A stretch of DNA of 64,000 nt from an uncultured bacterium. GTDB lineage: Bacteria > Verrucomicrobiota > Kiritimatiellia > CAIKKV01 > CAITUY01. Position 1 is the stretch's first letter. Every line of letters starts with the position of its first letter. Shown here one piece after another: positions 38,277 through 47,584 of this stretch. The stretch spans positions 3,894 to 67,893 of the forward strand of contig CAJBSZ010000101.1 in assembly GCA_903958395.1 (NCBI GenBank), given 5' to 3'. Under the pieces are notes generated by a model. That model was not told the DNA's origin, did no database searches, and saw only the letters and a list, made by a program, of their open reading frames with translations. Position numbers and translations under genes: made by a program.

Positions 38277-38620
38277 ACGGAATGATGGATTCACTGAAAT
38301 TGATGCGCCTTGCCCGGGAAGCCCTGCTTTCAAAGAAGGCTTCCAACCTTGTTGTTTTTGATGTGCGGAAAACGTCGCCCGTGACGGATTATTATATGAT
38401 CACGTCCGGAGCCACGCCGGCCCAGCTGAAGGCCATGATGAATGCCGTGATCAAGGATATCAAGGCGACAGACTCAATCCGTCCCCGCATTTCAGGAACC
38501 CCGGACGACGGGTGGATGGTGCTCGACCTGTTTGATGTAGTTATCCACGTTTTTCAGGACGAGGTCCGGAAATACTATTCCATTGAAGAGTTGTGGGCTG
38601 ATTGTCCTCAAGTGACGTGA
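38273..38620 (+). CDS. rsfS: ribosomal silencing factor RsfS (Iojap)
   Basis: 115 aa ending in the Iojap-family ...YYSIEELW motif; 4-bp overlap with nadD (conserved nadD-rsfS synteny). Confidence 0.85.
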   Translation: MNGMMDSLKLMRLAREALLSKKASNLVVFDVRKTSPVTDYYMITSGATPAQLKAMMNAVIKDIKATDSIRPRISGTPDDGWMVLDLFDVVIHVFQDEVRKYYSIEELWADCPQVT

Positions 38621-39137
38621 AGTCATCCATCAGGTCGATTTGCGAATCCATCTTCATTCCCTGAAGGATCAGCAACTGATCCGCGAGAATCGTCATGTCG
38701 GATTCGTCAGAGTAACTCGCCTGGGAGCCCTCATTTCCCATAACCAGCGCGACCAGGGAAACAATTTCCGTGGCTGGCGAGTTTTTGGCCAGTGCGGGGG
38801 CAGCACGGTGTATGGTCATTAATTTGAGGCTGGTGAGGCAAATCGCAAGACTGGCGGCGGCGGCCAGGATTCCCCGCCAGGGAATGGAGAGCTGCCGCGG
38901 GGTTCTCAGGGCGTGTCGTTCCGCAGCGGCCCGTAGGGATTCCAGAATTGCCGGGGAGGGCGAGGTGCGGGAGGCCGGGGTTTCCTTCAGGACTTTTCGC
39001 AGAAGGCTGAGGTCAGCCTGGCTCTGGCGGCAGGCGGGGCATTCCACGAGGTGGCGGTCCAGATCCTGCCGCTGCCGGCCGGTCAATTCCCCCGAGTCCT
39101 GCAAGAGGATCAAGTTTTCAATTTGAGTACAGTTCAT
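38541..39137 (-). CDS. putative zinc-finger anti-sigma factor
   Basis: N-terminal HLVECPACR zinc-finger anti-sigma motif; 1-nt gap from the ECF sigma gene upstream; one predicted TM helix. Confidence 0.6.
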   Translation of the reverse strand: MNCTQIENLILLQDSGELTGRQRQDLDRHLVECPACRQSQADLSLLRKVLKETPASRTSPSPAILESLRAAAERHALRTPRQLSIPWRGILAAAASLAICLTSLKLMTIHRAAPALAKNSPATEIVSLVALVMGNEGSQASYSDESDMTILADQLLILQGMKMDSQIDLMDDFTSLEDNQPTTLQWNSISGPRPEKRG

Positions 39138-39138
39138 T

Positions 39139-39759
39139 TTAGTCTTTCCGATCCGGCTCGTGATCCTTCAGAAGCAGTCTCATTTTATCGAGTGCATAAT
39201 GCATTCTCGAAAGAGCCGTGTTCAGTGAGACCCGTTGCATTTTTGCTATATCCTTAAACGCCATATCCGCCTCCATGCGGAGCGTGAACACCTCGCGCTG
39301 TTCAGCCGGCAACTGCGCCAGCGCCAGCTCAATCGCCCTCCCCAGATCCCGGCTGTGTGCCCGCCTGTCCGGACCCGGTTCCGGGGTTTTCATCCGGTCA
39401 CGCCAGGTGGTTTCGTTTTCACCCGTCCCCAGGGGGGCATCCATACTGACTTTTTTCTTTTCCCGTCTGCTCCAGTCGACGACCAGATTATACCCGATCG
39501 TGAACAGCCAGCTCTTAAAATGATCCCCCCTGAACCCGTGGGCCTTGGTGATGACCCGCATCCACGTGTTCTGGAAAATCTCCTCTGCCTCTGCCTCACA
39601 CTTGGTCGTCCGAACCAGAAAGCTGAAAAGCGGTCGCCTGTAGCGCTCCACCAATTCATCGAGCGCCCCGGGAACTCCCCGGTTATAGGCCGCAATGAGA
39701 TCCTCATCACAGGTCTTTCCGGGCGAACTCCCGTCACTATTTCCGGTCTCACTACTCAT
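39139..39759 (-). CDS. ECF-subfamily RNA polymerase sigma-70 factor
   Basis: Region 2 (FQNTWMRV...GYNLVVDWSRR) and region 4 (REVFTLRMEADMAFKDIAKMQRVSLNTALSRMHYA). Confidence 0.8.
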   Translation of the reverse strand: MSSETGNSDGSSPGKTCDEDLIAAYNRGVPGALDELVERYRRPLFSFLVRTTKCEAEAEEIFQNTWMRVITKAHGFRGDHFKSWLFTIGYNLVVDWSRREKKKVSMDAPLGTGENETTWRDRMKTPEPGPDRRAHSRDLGRAIELALAQLPAEQREVFTLRMEADMAFKDIAKMQRVSLNTALSRMHYALDKMRLLLKDHEPDRKD

Positions 39760-39884
39760 AACGAACGAGCACCCTTGTTTATTTTATACAAATTACAGGT
39801 TGACTTGGACTGATGGGCCGATATTATGACGGCGTTTTTTGCGGTCAGCAAGCAACAACAGAAGTTAGGGTAAAGGATAGTTTT

Positions 39885-40148
39885 ATGCCGAATATCAAGC
39901 AAGCGGGCAAGCGGGCGAAACAGGCGTTGGTCCGACGGGTTCGCAATCGCAGCACCAAGAGTGAAATTGCCACGGGGCGTCGCGTGTATGTCGCGGCGAT
40001 CGAGTCGAAGGATAAAGTCAAGGCGCTCGCGGAATTCAGCGCATTCTGCTCAATTCTCGACAAGTCCTCCAAGCGGGGCATCATCAAGAAGAGTACGGCG
40101 GATCGTCGCAAATCGCGCGCTGCCGCCATGCTCGCGAAGATGGTGTAA
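39885..40148 (+). CDS. rpsT: 30S ribosomal protein S20
   Basis: MPNIKQAGKRAKQ... S20 N-terminus; 87 aa; start at the internal ATG. Confidence 0.85.
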   Translation: MPNIKQAGKRAKQALVRRVRNRSTKSEIATGRRVYVAAIESKDKVKALAEFSAFCSILDKSSKRGIIKKSTADRRKSRAAAMLAKMV

Positions 40149-40165
40149 GTTTTTTGATGTTACTA

Positions 40166-40210
40166 TGAAAAAAGCCGTGCCGGGCAACCGGACACGGCTT
40201 TTTGTGTTGT
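40166..40210. terminator. bidirectional intrinsic terminator between convergent rpsT and the lptE-like gene
   Basis: GAAAAAA-GCCGTGCCGG-gcaa-CCGGACACGGC-TTTTTGTGTTG: a GC-rich hairpin with an A-tract upstream and a T-tract downstream. Confidence 0.65.
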
Positions 40211-40222
40211 TGTGAGTGGCCG

Positions 40223-40738
40223 TTACCAGTATTCCACCACGCATTTGACGACCCGCTGCCCCAGATCTGAGGCGGCCTTTGGAAGAGCCAGGCGGCGTGC
40301 GCTGGGAAGATCCGCGAGCGCCGTGAAGGTGGTGAAGCCAATGACCCCCTTGGTGTTCACCACGATTTCATTCGAGGGAAGCTTTTTAAGAATGACATCA
40401 GCGGTCAGGATCAGGCGATATTCCTTGGCGGTCGTGGCCTGATCCCGGCGATACCGGAGGGGCTCCAGTTCATATTTCCTGACGGTGACCTCCAGGATGC
40501 TGTTGGCCTGCTCTTTCGGGAGAACCTTCAGGGATCCGTCCTTCTGGAATTCCTGAATGGCGGCACCGGTCAGGATGGTCTCCAACCCGGGTTCCTTGGC
40601 CTCAATGGTGAATACCGGGATGTTAATGGAGGTGATCCCCGGGGGGAGATTGCTACCCAGTTTGTAGCCCACGCATCCGGAGGTGGCCAGAACCAGGCTG
40701 GCGAGTCCAAGAAGTCCCCAAAAATTACTTTTTTTCAT
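40223..40738 (-). CDS. lipoprotein, LptE-like (tentative)
   Basis: Signal peptide with a TSGC lipobox immediately followed by GYKLGS (E. coli LptE, recalled from memory, has C-GWHLRD at the equivalent position); ~170 aa. Confidence 0.35.
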   Translation of the reverse strand: MKKSNFWGLLGLASLVLATSGCVGYKLGSNLPPGITSINIPVFTIEAKEPGLETILTGAAIQEFQKDGSLKVLPKEQANSILEVTVRKYELEPLRYRRDQATTAKEYRLILTADVILKKLPSNEIVVNTKGVIGFTTFTALADLPSARRLALPKAASDLGQRVVKCVVEYW

Positions 40739-41747
40739 GGCTGTTGATGTCCTTTCTCAAGTTCTCGATCCGTTGGCGTGCTTGTCCTGCACATTCATGT
40801 GAGGCGTATTTTTTCAAAAATCCCTCGTAGGCGATCAGGGCGGCTTTCGGGCGATGAGCGATTTGATCGTAATATCGGGCCAATTCAAACGCCCGCCGGG
40901 CCTGCTCATCGTTGAGTTGTGCCAGAAGGGTTCTGGACTCCGTGATTTTTTCGTGGCCGGGATAGGCACGGATGAATTGAACCAGCGCCGCCCGGGCGGC
41001 ATTGCAGGAGTTTTCATCGTTGGGGCGGTTCCGGTACAATTTGGTCAGGCACTGGGCTTCGCGGAAGGAGGCCTGCGCCAGGATCGTCTCGTCGTTGTAA
41101 CGGTTCTGGACGATCTCAAAGGCGGCAACCGCCTCTTCCTCCTCCTCATTCAATTCATGAATGATGCCGATGTTGAGCTGGCAGGTGGCGGCATACTCCC
41201 AGGTGGGCGCATTCAGAATAATCTTTTCAAAGAGGGGGATGGCCCGCTCGGGGGCTTCAAATCCGGGAAATAACAGAAAGGCGCCCTTCCGCGTGGTCAT
41301 GAGGTAATTGGCAATTTTGAACTGACGGCCCAGAACGTCCCGGTAGTCGAACTGTCCGGGATAGTAATCAAACAGGTATTGATACTCGTCAAAGGCCTTC
41401 TCGTAGAGTTCGCGTTCTTCCTGAACCCGGGCAAGCTCGAATTGAGCCTTCGGGGCTTCGGGCGAGTCCGGCCACGCGTAGACCAGCGCCTGATAGGCGT
41501 TGGCCGTCTTCCGGTAGCGTTTATCCTGATGGTACTGTGCGGCCAGCTTCATCTGCTCTGCGGCCGTGGCACAGGAGGGACTGCGGTACCAGCGAAGACC
41601 CCGCTTGACCTGTGCTTTTTCACCTCTGGATTGATTCTGGGTTGACGGGGCGCCGGGGGGCGGAGTGGGCATGTTGTCGTAACTGGCCCGACAAGGGCTC
41701 GCCCAGAGCAACATCAGGAACAATAATATCGGGATCATGAAACGCAT
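40725..41747 (-). CDS. TPR-repeat envelope protein with signal peptide (BamD/YfiO-like, tentative)
   Basis: Signal peptide followed by multiple TPR-like helical repeats; start at internal ATG 41747; 14-nt overlap with the downstream lipoprotein gene. Confidence 0.45.
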   Translation of the reverse strand: MRFMIPILLFLMLLWASPCRASYDNMPTPPPGAPSTQNQSRGEKAQVKRGLRWYRSPSCATAAEQMKLAAQYHQDKRYRKTANAYQALVYAWPDSPEAPKAQFELARVQEERELYEKAFDEYQYLFDYYPGQFDYRDVLGRQFKIANYLMTTRKGAFLLFPGFEAPERAIPLFEKIILNAPTWEYAATCQLNIGIIHELNEEEEEAVAAFEIVQNRYNDETILAQASFREAQCLTKLYRNRPNDENSCNAARAALVQFIRAYPGHEKITESRTLLAQLNDEQARRAFELARYYDQIAHRPKAALIAYEGFLKKYASHECAGQARQRIENLRKDINSHEKK

Positions 41748-41760
41748 ATGGGGGCATACT

Positions 41761-42663
41761 TTAGGGGGCGTGGCGGAGAGGGTCAAGAGGGGAATGAGCG
41801 GCCGCGACGGAGGTGGTGGACGATGTCGGGCAGGCGATGCAGCGGCAGAGTCCCGCCTCTTTCAGTGCCTGCGGGCCATCGAAGAAGGGCTTGTCCGGAA
41901 CCGTGAATCCCACCCGTCGGGCCTCATCCACCAGAATGTGAAGATAGTCTGTCATATGTCGCGCCGTGTAGGGATTGACATCATGAAAGTTCAGGATGAC
42001 GGTGAGCGAGGCCGCCGGACTGCCGCTGTGCCTGGCGTTTTGAAAGATCTCAATGAGGGCGTTCCGGATATGGATCCGCCGGAACAGGCTGCCCTTGTAG
42101 CCGTAGATCAGGCCGTCCCTCGCCCGGATATCCGCCATGAGCATGTGAAGTCCCAGCGCCTCATAGAGGGCCTGTGTCGTTTGATTTTTTGCCCCGAACG
42201 GCGGGCGCACGAATATCGGATCCGAGCCCGTGATGTCCCGAAGCAATGCCTGGGCCGCCTTGAGTCCTGCCTCCAATTCAGCGGGCGGGACTTTCCGGTG
42301 ATCCACATGGCCCCGGGGTGATACACTATGAATGCCGAGCAGGTGCTCCTCTGCGGCGAGGGCCCGCATGACGGCGTGGCCTTCCGGGGTGCCCCCTCCG
42401 CGCGGATGCCCCGTTTGGACAAAAAAGAGGGCCTTGGCGCCCGGTTGCACATCATTGGTGGCAAGTTGATGCAGGATGGCGAGGGTCGGGTTGTAGGGCT
42501 TTGTGATGCTGGGACCGTCATCAAAGGAGAGGATGAAGCGGATCACCGGCGGCGGAATGCCCGCATCATGCGCGGAGGGGGCGGGAATGGAGCGGCAGGA
42601 TGACAGGACTCCTGCCAGCAGGATCAAGCCCGACAGCTGTGCTGGAATCGCCGGGGATTTCAT
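41761..42663 (-). CDS. polysaccharide deacetylase (NodB-homology) lipoprotein
   Basis: Signal peptide with an LSSC lipobox, then the SFDDGP catalytic motif of carbohydrate esterase family 4; ATGA overlap with the activase gene. Confidence 0.65.
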   Translation of the reverse strand: MKSPAIPAQLSGLILLAGVLSSCRSIPAPSAHDAGIPPPVIRFILSFDDGPSITKPYNPTLAILHQLATNDVQPGAKALFFVQTGHPRGGGTPEGHAVMRALAAEEHLLGIHSVSPRGHVDHRKVPPAELEAGLKAAQALLRDITGSDPIFVRPPFGAKNQTTQALYEALGLHMLMADIRARDGLIYGYKGSLFRRIHIRNALIEIFQNARHSGSPAASLTVILNFHDVNPYTARHMTDYLHILVDEARRVGFTVPDKPFFDGPQALKEAGLCRCIACPTSSTTSVAAAHSPLDPLRHAP

Positions 42664-43634
42664 CGGGAGCCTCCCGCCTGAACCCCTTGTTCCCATTTCC
42701 GGCAGCGTCCCCCGCTGCGGCCCAGGGATTCGTCATGATCCAGGATCTCTATCACCTCGCACTGGTTCGGGCAGTCGTTGCACCGGAAGCCGCGTGTGGC
42801 GATCTCACGGTCACAGAGGCTGTAACCACGAAAACGGGTTCGGATCGGATTGGCGCGGGCTGCGAGCAGGGCCGCGCCATAAGCACCCATGACCATGTTG
42901 TGTTGCGGGATGATGACCTCGGTCTGGAGAGCCTCATTGAAGGCCCGGCGGATTCCCCGGTTGGCGCTGACCCCGCCCTGCAGGACGATGGGGGGGCGGA
43001 TTTCCTTTCCGGCGCAGACATTGCTGAGGAAGTTGCGCACCATGGCCTGGCACAGGCCCATGACGATATCGTGCTGCTGGTGGCCGGCTTGCTGCTTATG
43101 GATCATGTCGGATTCGGCAAAGACGGTGCAACGCCCCGCAATGGTGGTGGGATCGCTCGAGAGGAGCGCCCGTTCGCCCAGTTCCTCAATGGAGAGGCTG
43201 AGTCGCTTGGCTTGTGAATCCAGAAAACTTCCCGTACCCGCGGCGCAGATCAGGTTCATGGCAAAGTCCACCACCACGCCGTTGCGCAGGATCGTGACCT
43301 TGCTGTCCTGCCCCCCGATTTCAAAAATGGTGTTCGCCTCCGGGTGCAGATGCAGCGCAGCCCGGGCATGGGCGCTGATCTCATTCTTCACGATGTCCGC
43401 CCCGACGACGGCTCCGATCAGGGTGCGGGCACTCCCCGTGGTGCCGACTCCGGCGATTTCCAGGGTGCCGGGAACCGTCTGGCGCATCTCCAGAAGTGCT
43501 TTCTGAACGGAGTGGATCGGATTGCCATCAACCCGCCGGTAGGCGGTGAAGAGGACCGTCGAGCCGGAATCAATCAATACCAGATTGGTGCTGATCGAGC
43601 CGACATCAATCCCGAGATAGGCTTGGGTTGTCAT
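42660..43634 (-). CDS. BadF/BadG/BcrA/BcrD-type ATPase (HgdC-like activase of acyl-CoA dehydratase/reductase systems)
   Basis: AYLGIDVGSISTNLVL ASKHA-fold start and IFEIGGQDSKV motif; C-terminal Cys pair consistent with a bridging [4Fe-4S] cluster. Confidence 0.75.
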   Translation of the reverse strand: MTTQAYLGIDVGSISTNLVLIDSGSTVLFTAYRRVDGNPIHSVQKALLEMRQTVPGTLEIAGVGTTGSARTLIGAVVGADIVKNEISAHARAALHLHPEANTIFEIGGQDSKVTILRNGVVVDFAMNLICAAGTGSFLDSQAKRLSLSIEELGERALLSSDPTTIAGRCTVFAESDMIHKQQAGHQQHDIVMGLCQAMVRNFLSNVCAGKEIRPPIVLQGGVSANRGIRRAFNEALQTEVIIPQHNMVMGAYGAALLAARANPIRTRFRGYSLCDREIATRGFRCNDCPNQCEVIEILDHDESLGRSGGRCRKWEQGVQAGGSR

Positions 43635-44704
43635 GATGAGGCCTGCTTTCTTCGTTCCCGCAGAATGTCTGTAAAGGCTTCCAACCGGGTGACGATCCCG
43701 ACATGGCTGCTGTGTTCGTCAAATGACAGTTCGAGAATGGGGATCGAGTGGTCCTGGCTGATCTTGCGCAGGATCGGGCGGATGGTGATTTCCGGCATAC
43801 AGCCGGTGGGGGCGATATGAATGACCCCGTCATAGTGCTCCTGGGCGCAGCGCAGGGTGTAGGCCACGGATTCCAAGGCGTGGCCGCCCACCCGCGACTT
43901 GAGATAGGGACGCGCAAGCCGGTTCAGGGAGTCACGGGAATCCGGGCTCCGGAATCCGATGTGGAAGATTTTAGCCAGTTCGTTTCCGAGCAGGAAAAAA
44001 TTCTGAACCTCGACGCCCAGGCTGCCCAGGGTTTCTTCCAGGTTGTGGTTCAGATAACTGTCCCGCAGGATTGAGGCTTCGCCCAGCAGTCCGATTTTCA
44101 GGGGCCTGGCCGCTGCGTCGGTGGGGACGGTGTGGAAGCGTGCGGGAATCGTCCGGGACAGGGCCCGGATGGCAGGCACGGTTCGGGCCTCGTCCAAATC
44201 CTTGAGGCACGTATTCATGAGGCGGGTGGTGTCGCCGGTGTGGAGCTCCCGTGCCCGGGTTTCCCAGGCCAGCTTTTCAATGGCGTCCACGGCATGAACC
44301 TTGAAAAAAGCGCGGCCGCAGCAGCGGAGGAAATCGCCCATCGTGGGGTCGAAATGGCGGATCAGGGGCGGCTTGATCCCGTCATAACCCAGTCCAAAGA
44401 TGAACAGATTGAATCCGCGATCCCTGAGGATTTTCTGCTGCAGTTCCCGGTAGTACCGGAGCCGGCAGGTGCCCACGCTGTTGACCATGACCCCGTATTC
44501 CACGCCTTCCATGGCCGCCTTGATGAAATAGCCGGTCGTAGCCTTAAAGGCCAGACAGCTGAACTCGGGCGAGGCGTCCGTCCCGAGTTTCATGATTTCA
44601 GGCGTGGTGCAGCGGGTGCTCCACGGGGTGACTCGCAGGCACTCCACGGAGGCGGCCAGCGCAATCGAATAGTTTCCCCAGGGGGGTATGGCCAGGGCTG
44701 TCAT
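43631..44704 (-). CDS. DUF2229/COG3580-81-type protein (uncharacterised partner of HgdC-like activases)
   Basis: Cys-containing motifs (GTCRLRYY, RCCGRA, PTGCMPE); start trimmed to the ATG at 44704, which abuts the upstream stop. Confidence 0.55.
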   Translation of the reverse strand: MTALAIPPWGNYSIALAASVECLRVTPWSTRCTTPEIMKLGTDASPEFSCLAFKATTGYFIKAAMEGVEYGVMVNSVGTCRLRYYRELQQKILRDRGFNLFIFGLGYDGIKPPLIRHFDPTMGDFLRCCGRAFFKVHAVDAIEKLAWETRARELHTGDTTRLMNTCLKDLDEARTVPAIRALSRTIPARFHTVPTDAAARPLKIGLLGEASILRDSYLNHNLEETLGSLGVEVQNFFLLGNELAKIFHIGFRSPDSRDSLNRLARPYLKSRVGGHALESVAYTLRCAQEHYDGVIHIAPTGCMPEITIRPILRKISQDHSIPILELSFDEHSSHVGIVTRLEAFTDILRERRKQASS

Positions 44705-44705
44705 G

Positions 44706-47153
44706 TTACCATCTCGTTGAATCCACAAATGCCTCCAGCCGGGTATCCGTTCCGGCCTGTGCGGCGTGTTCATCCACCACTAAAGTCATGGTGGGAATCC
44801 CTTTTGTTTTGAGTATGTCGCGGTTGAATTCCATCACAATGGAGTCGCATCCGCAATTGAAGGAGGTGAGTTGGATGACGGCGGCGCATTCAGCCGCATC
44901 CAGGGTCTTGAGATGGTGGATCATTTTTCCGCAGGTGTCCCACTTGATGTTGCCCGTCGGCATTTCCTCGCCGTCAAAGGGCATCAGGTCAACATCCACA
45001 TCGAGTCGTTTCAAGGTGGCGAGAATGGGGCCGGAAATATAGTCGTCGTGGAGATTGTAGGGATGGCTGATGACCAGGAGTCTTTTCCGTGCCGGACCCG
45101 GGGGGCGGACGGGCGGACGGCGCGCCTGGGCGAGGGCGGCGAGGGCGGCATCGGCGGCGGTGCACGTCAGGGCTTCCTCCGCGCCAAGGCGGCGGCCCAG
45201 TTCCAGCAGGGAGTCGCGCAGGGGCGTTATGGTTTCATTGATATCAAGGCTCAGGATCCGGGTGCGGTTCCCGAACTGGGCCTCGGCAACATCGGGCAAA
45301 GCGGAAAGTTTGGGGCAGGCAATGTGTCCCTTCAGGCCCGACAAAAGACGTGGAACAAAAAGCCGATCCACTTTACCGGCGAGTTCGGCCAGGTGGGCGT
45401 CGAGTAGTTTGAGTGGCAGGCAATGTTCCGATTCCGAGATCAGGACGGCCTGCTCGACCGTGTGACGGGTTGAAGCGCCGGACATTACGGGGGTGTGTCC
45501 GAGCTGGGTGAAGAAGGTTTCGAAAAGGGAGGGATAGTAAAAATAATACAGGGCGCGGGGGATGCCGATGGTCAGCGGCCTGAAACCTGTGCCATCCACC
45601 ACCGTTTTCAAAGCGGTGAAAGCGTCTGGGCGCATCTCCTGGAGAATCATGAGGCTGGCGTTGACGGCGGCCTTGGTGGCCATGGGCACTCCGCCCCCGT
45701 ACTCCGCCCATTGGCCGCCCAGCAACAACCGTTTGACGGGGGTCGTGAGAGTGGCGAGGCGGGCGTGGATGTTTTTTTGGGTCGGCTTGTGTCCCATGAT
45801 CGAGCCGTCCCGGTTTCCCGTGTAGCGGTGGAACGTAACCGGAGTGGCCACCTCCCTGACCTCGATGTGGCGGCGAAGGCCGGGGATCAGCAGGCGCTCG
45901 ACCCGGTCGAGAATCGTGTCGGTGAATTCCTGCTTATACCGGCGATAGGCTTCCCCGCGCTCCAGACCGGGTCCGGTTTCCCACTGATTGTGATGGGACA
46001 GGTAGGAGGGGCACTGGATGAGGAGAGTGCCTTTCCCCGGAGGGGCCAGGGAGGGATCGCGGAGAGAAGGGGCCAGAACGCTGATCAGGGTGGAATGGGC
46101 TTCTCCACTGACCCGATCTTCCAGGGGTATGGAGTCCTCAGTCAGGCGAACCAGGGACTCATCCAATCCAAGCGAGGCGGGGGGGCAATCCAGTCCCAGA
46201 TAAATTGAGAAGCTGGAGTAATACAGATCTGCATGACGAAGGCGCTTGAGTATTCTGGCGGGAACGCTGGCAGGGGGAAGCATCGTGGTGAAGAGCTGTT
46301 CCACATCGCAGGCGGCGATGACGTAGCGGGCGTGCACGGTGTCGCCGGTGGCGAGCCGGACTCCGGTCGCTTTTTTGGAGGCGTTGACGAGGACTTCACG
46401 GACGCGTTGGTTCAGGGTGATTCGGCCGCCGTTTTCGGTGATTTTCCGGCACAGCCAGTCCACCATTACGGCGCAGCCTCCCTCAGGCGGCTTTTGGAAA
46501 TCACCTGTGAAAGCGAACCCCAGCGGGACGAGAACCGACATCATGGTGCCATCGGAGTGAAAGAGATTCAGGAGTTCGCGGGTCTTGAAATAGCGGGTTA
46601 ATCCCCTGGCGGCCGGGGTTGATACCATATGGCGGATGGGCCAGACCCAGCCCGTCATGGCCAGGCCGTGATGCAGGAGTTCGCGGGGGGACATGGTTTT
46701 CACCGACCGCATGCGGTTGTCGAGGAACAGCATATGATGGCCGAGGCGTTCGGCGTCCCGGAAGAGTTTCTGAATCCCCTTTGATTCATGGGGAAAGTCC
46801 TGGATCAGTTGATCGCGAAGTTCCAGAGGGTTCGAGGTGAGCAGATAATTATGACCGGTGTTTTTATAGCGATGAATCCGCTGGAGCGGGACATAGCGCG
46901 GGCCGTCGTTGCCAATGGCGTGCTGAATACGGGCGAGAAAGCCGCCCGGGCGGCATTGGTTCAGCCATTCAAGGGAGGCGTCAAACGTGAATCCCTTGCG
47001 GTGGAACGAGGCCAGACAGCCGCCCGCCTGTGATTCTGTTTCGAAGAGCTCGACACGGAGACCGGCCTTCGACAGCAGGGCGGCGGCAGTTAATCCTGCA
47101 ATACCACCCCCGATGATCACGACATCGCAGTGAGTTGGACGGCCCATAGTCAC
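44706..47153 (-). CDS. fusion: CrtI/phytoene-desaturase-family FAD oxidoreductase (N-terminal ~500 aa) + DUF2229/HgdB-like domain (C-terminal ~300 aa)
   Basis: N-terminal CDVVIIGGGIAGLTAAALLSKAGLRVELFE dinucleotide-binding motif and the amine-oxidase/CrtI-like body. The C-terminus carries TIGIPRALYYFYYPSLFETFF and SFNCGCDS motifs typical of activase-associated DUF2229 proteins. Confidence 0.6.
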   Translation of the reverse strand: MTMGRPTHCDVVIIGGGIAGLTAAALLSKAGLRVELFETESQAGGCLASFHRKGFTFDASLEWLNQCRPGGFLARIQHAIGNDGPRYVPLQRIHRYKNTGHNYLLTSNPLELRDQLIQDFPHESKGIQKLFRDAERLGHHMLFLDNRMRSVKTMSPRELLHHGLAMTGWVWPIRHMVSTPAARGLTRYFKTRELLNLFHSDGTMMSVLVPLGFAFTGDFQKPPEGGCAVMVDWLCRKITENGGRITLNQRVREVLVNASKKATGVRLATGDTVHARYVIAACDVEQLFTTMLPPASVPARILKRLRHADLYYSSFSIYLGLDCPPASLGLDESLVRLTEDSIPLEDRVSGEAHSTLISVLAPSLRDPSLAPPGKGTLLIQCPSYLSHHNQWETGPGLERGEAYRRYKQEFTDTILDRVERLLIPGLRRHIEVREVATPVTFHRYTGNRDGSIMGHKPTQKNIHARLATLTTPVKRLLLGGQWAEYGGGVPMATKAAVNASLMILQEMRPDAFTALKTVVDGTGFRPLTIGIPRALYYFYYPSLFETFFTQLGHTPVMSGASTRHTVEQAVLISESEHCLPLKLLDAHLAELAGKVDRLFVPRLLSGLKGHIACPKLSALPDVAEAQFGNRTRILSLDINETITPLRDSLLELGRRLGAEEALTCTAADAALAALAQARRPPVRPPGPARKRLLVISHPYNLHDDYISGPILATLKRLDVDVDLMPFDGEEMPTGNIKWDTCGKMIHHLKTLDAAECAAVIQLTSFNCGCDSIVMEFNRDILKTKGIPTMTLVVDEHAAQAGTDTRLEAFVDSTRW

Positions 47154-47584
47154 GCCAGAGTGAAAAACGCGGCGGCATCCAGGATGGAAAGCCCGTTTTT
47201 GTGAAGGGCTTTGGAGGCCTGGTCGGGCTTGTCCACCCGGACAATCATGATTGCGTTACTGCCCCGCTTAAGGGTAAAGGCGTACATGTATTCGATGTTG
47301 ATGGCATTGGGTTCCAGGATGGCCAGAATGCTTTCCATACCCCCGGGATGATCCGGAATTTCAATGGCCAGTACATCGCTGATAGTCACCACGCAGCCGG
47401 CCTTCTCCAGTACGTCCCGGGCCTTTTCCCACTCCCTGATCATGATCCTCAGAATGCCGAATTTTCCAGTGTCCGCGAGGCAGAGGGTTGGGATATTGAT
47501 GCCTGCCGCCGCCAGCACCTTGCAAGGATGGCCGAGGCGGCCGGGTTTGTTTTCCAGACAGACAGACAGTTGTTTCAGTGTCAT
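47150..47584 (-). CDS. tandem ACT-domain protein
   Basis: Two ~65-aa beta-alpha-beta-beta-alpha-beta ACT-like units; 4-bp overlaps on both sides. Confidence 0.6.
   Translation of the reverse strand: MTLKQLSVCLENKPGRLGHPCKVLAAAGINIPTLCLADTGKFGILRIMIREWEKARDVLEKAGCVVTISDVLAIEIPDHPGGMESILAILEPNAINIEYMYAFTLKRGSNAIMIVRVDKPDQASKALHKNGLSILDAAAFFTLA

Noticed and set aside
40223-41747. Confident assignment of the TPR lipoprotein and downstream lipoprotein as BamD and LptE
   Set aside because: Similarity is limited to architecture and the Cys-proximal G(Y/W)(K/H)L motif. They are kept as tentative calls rather than firm annotations.
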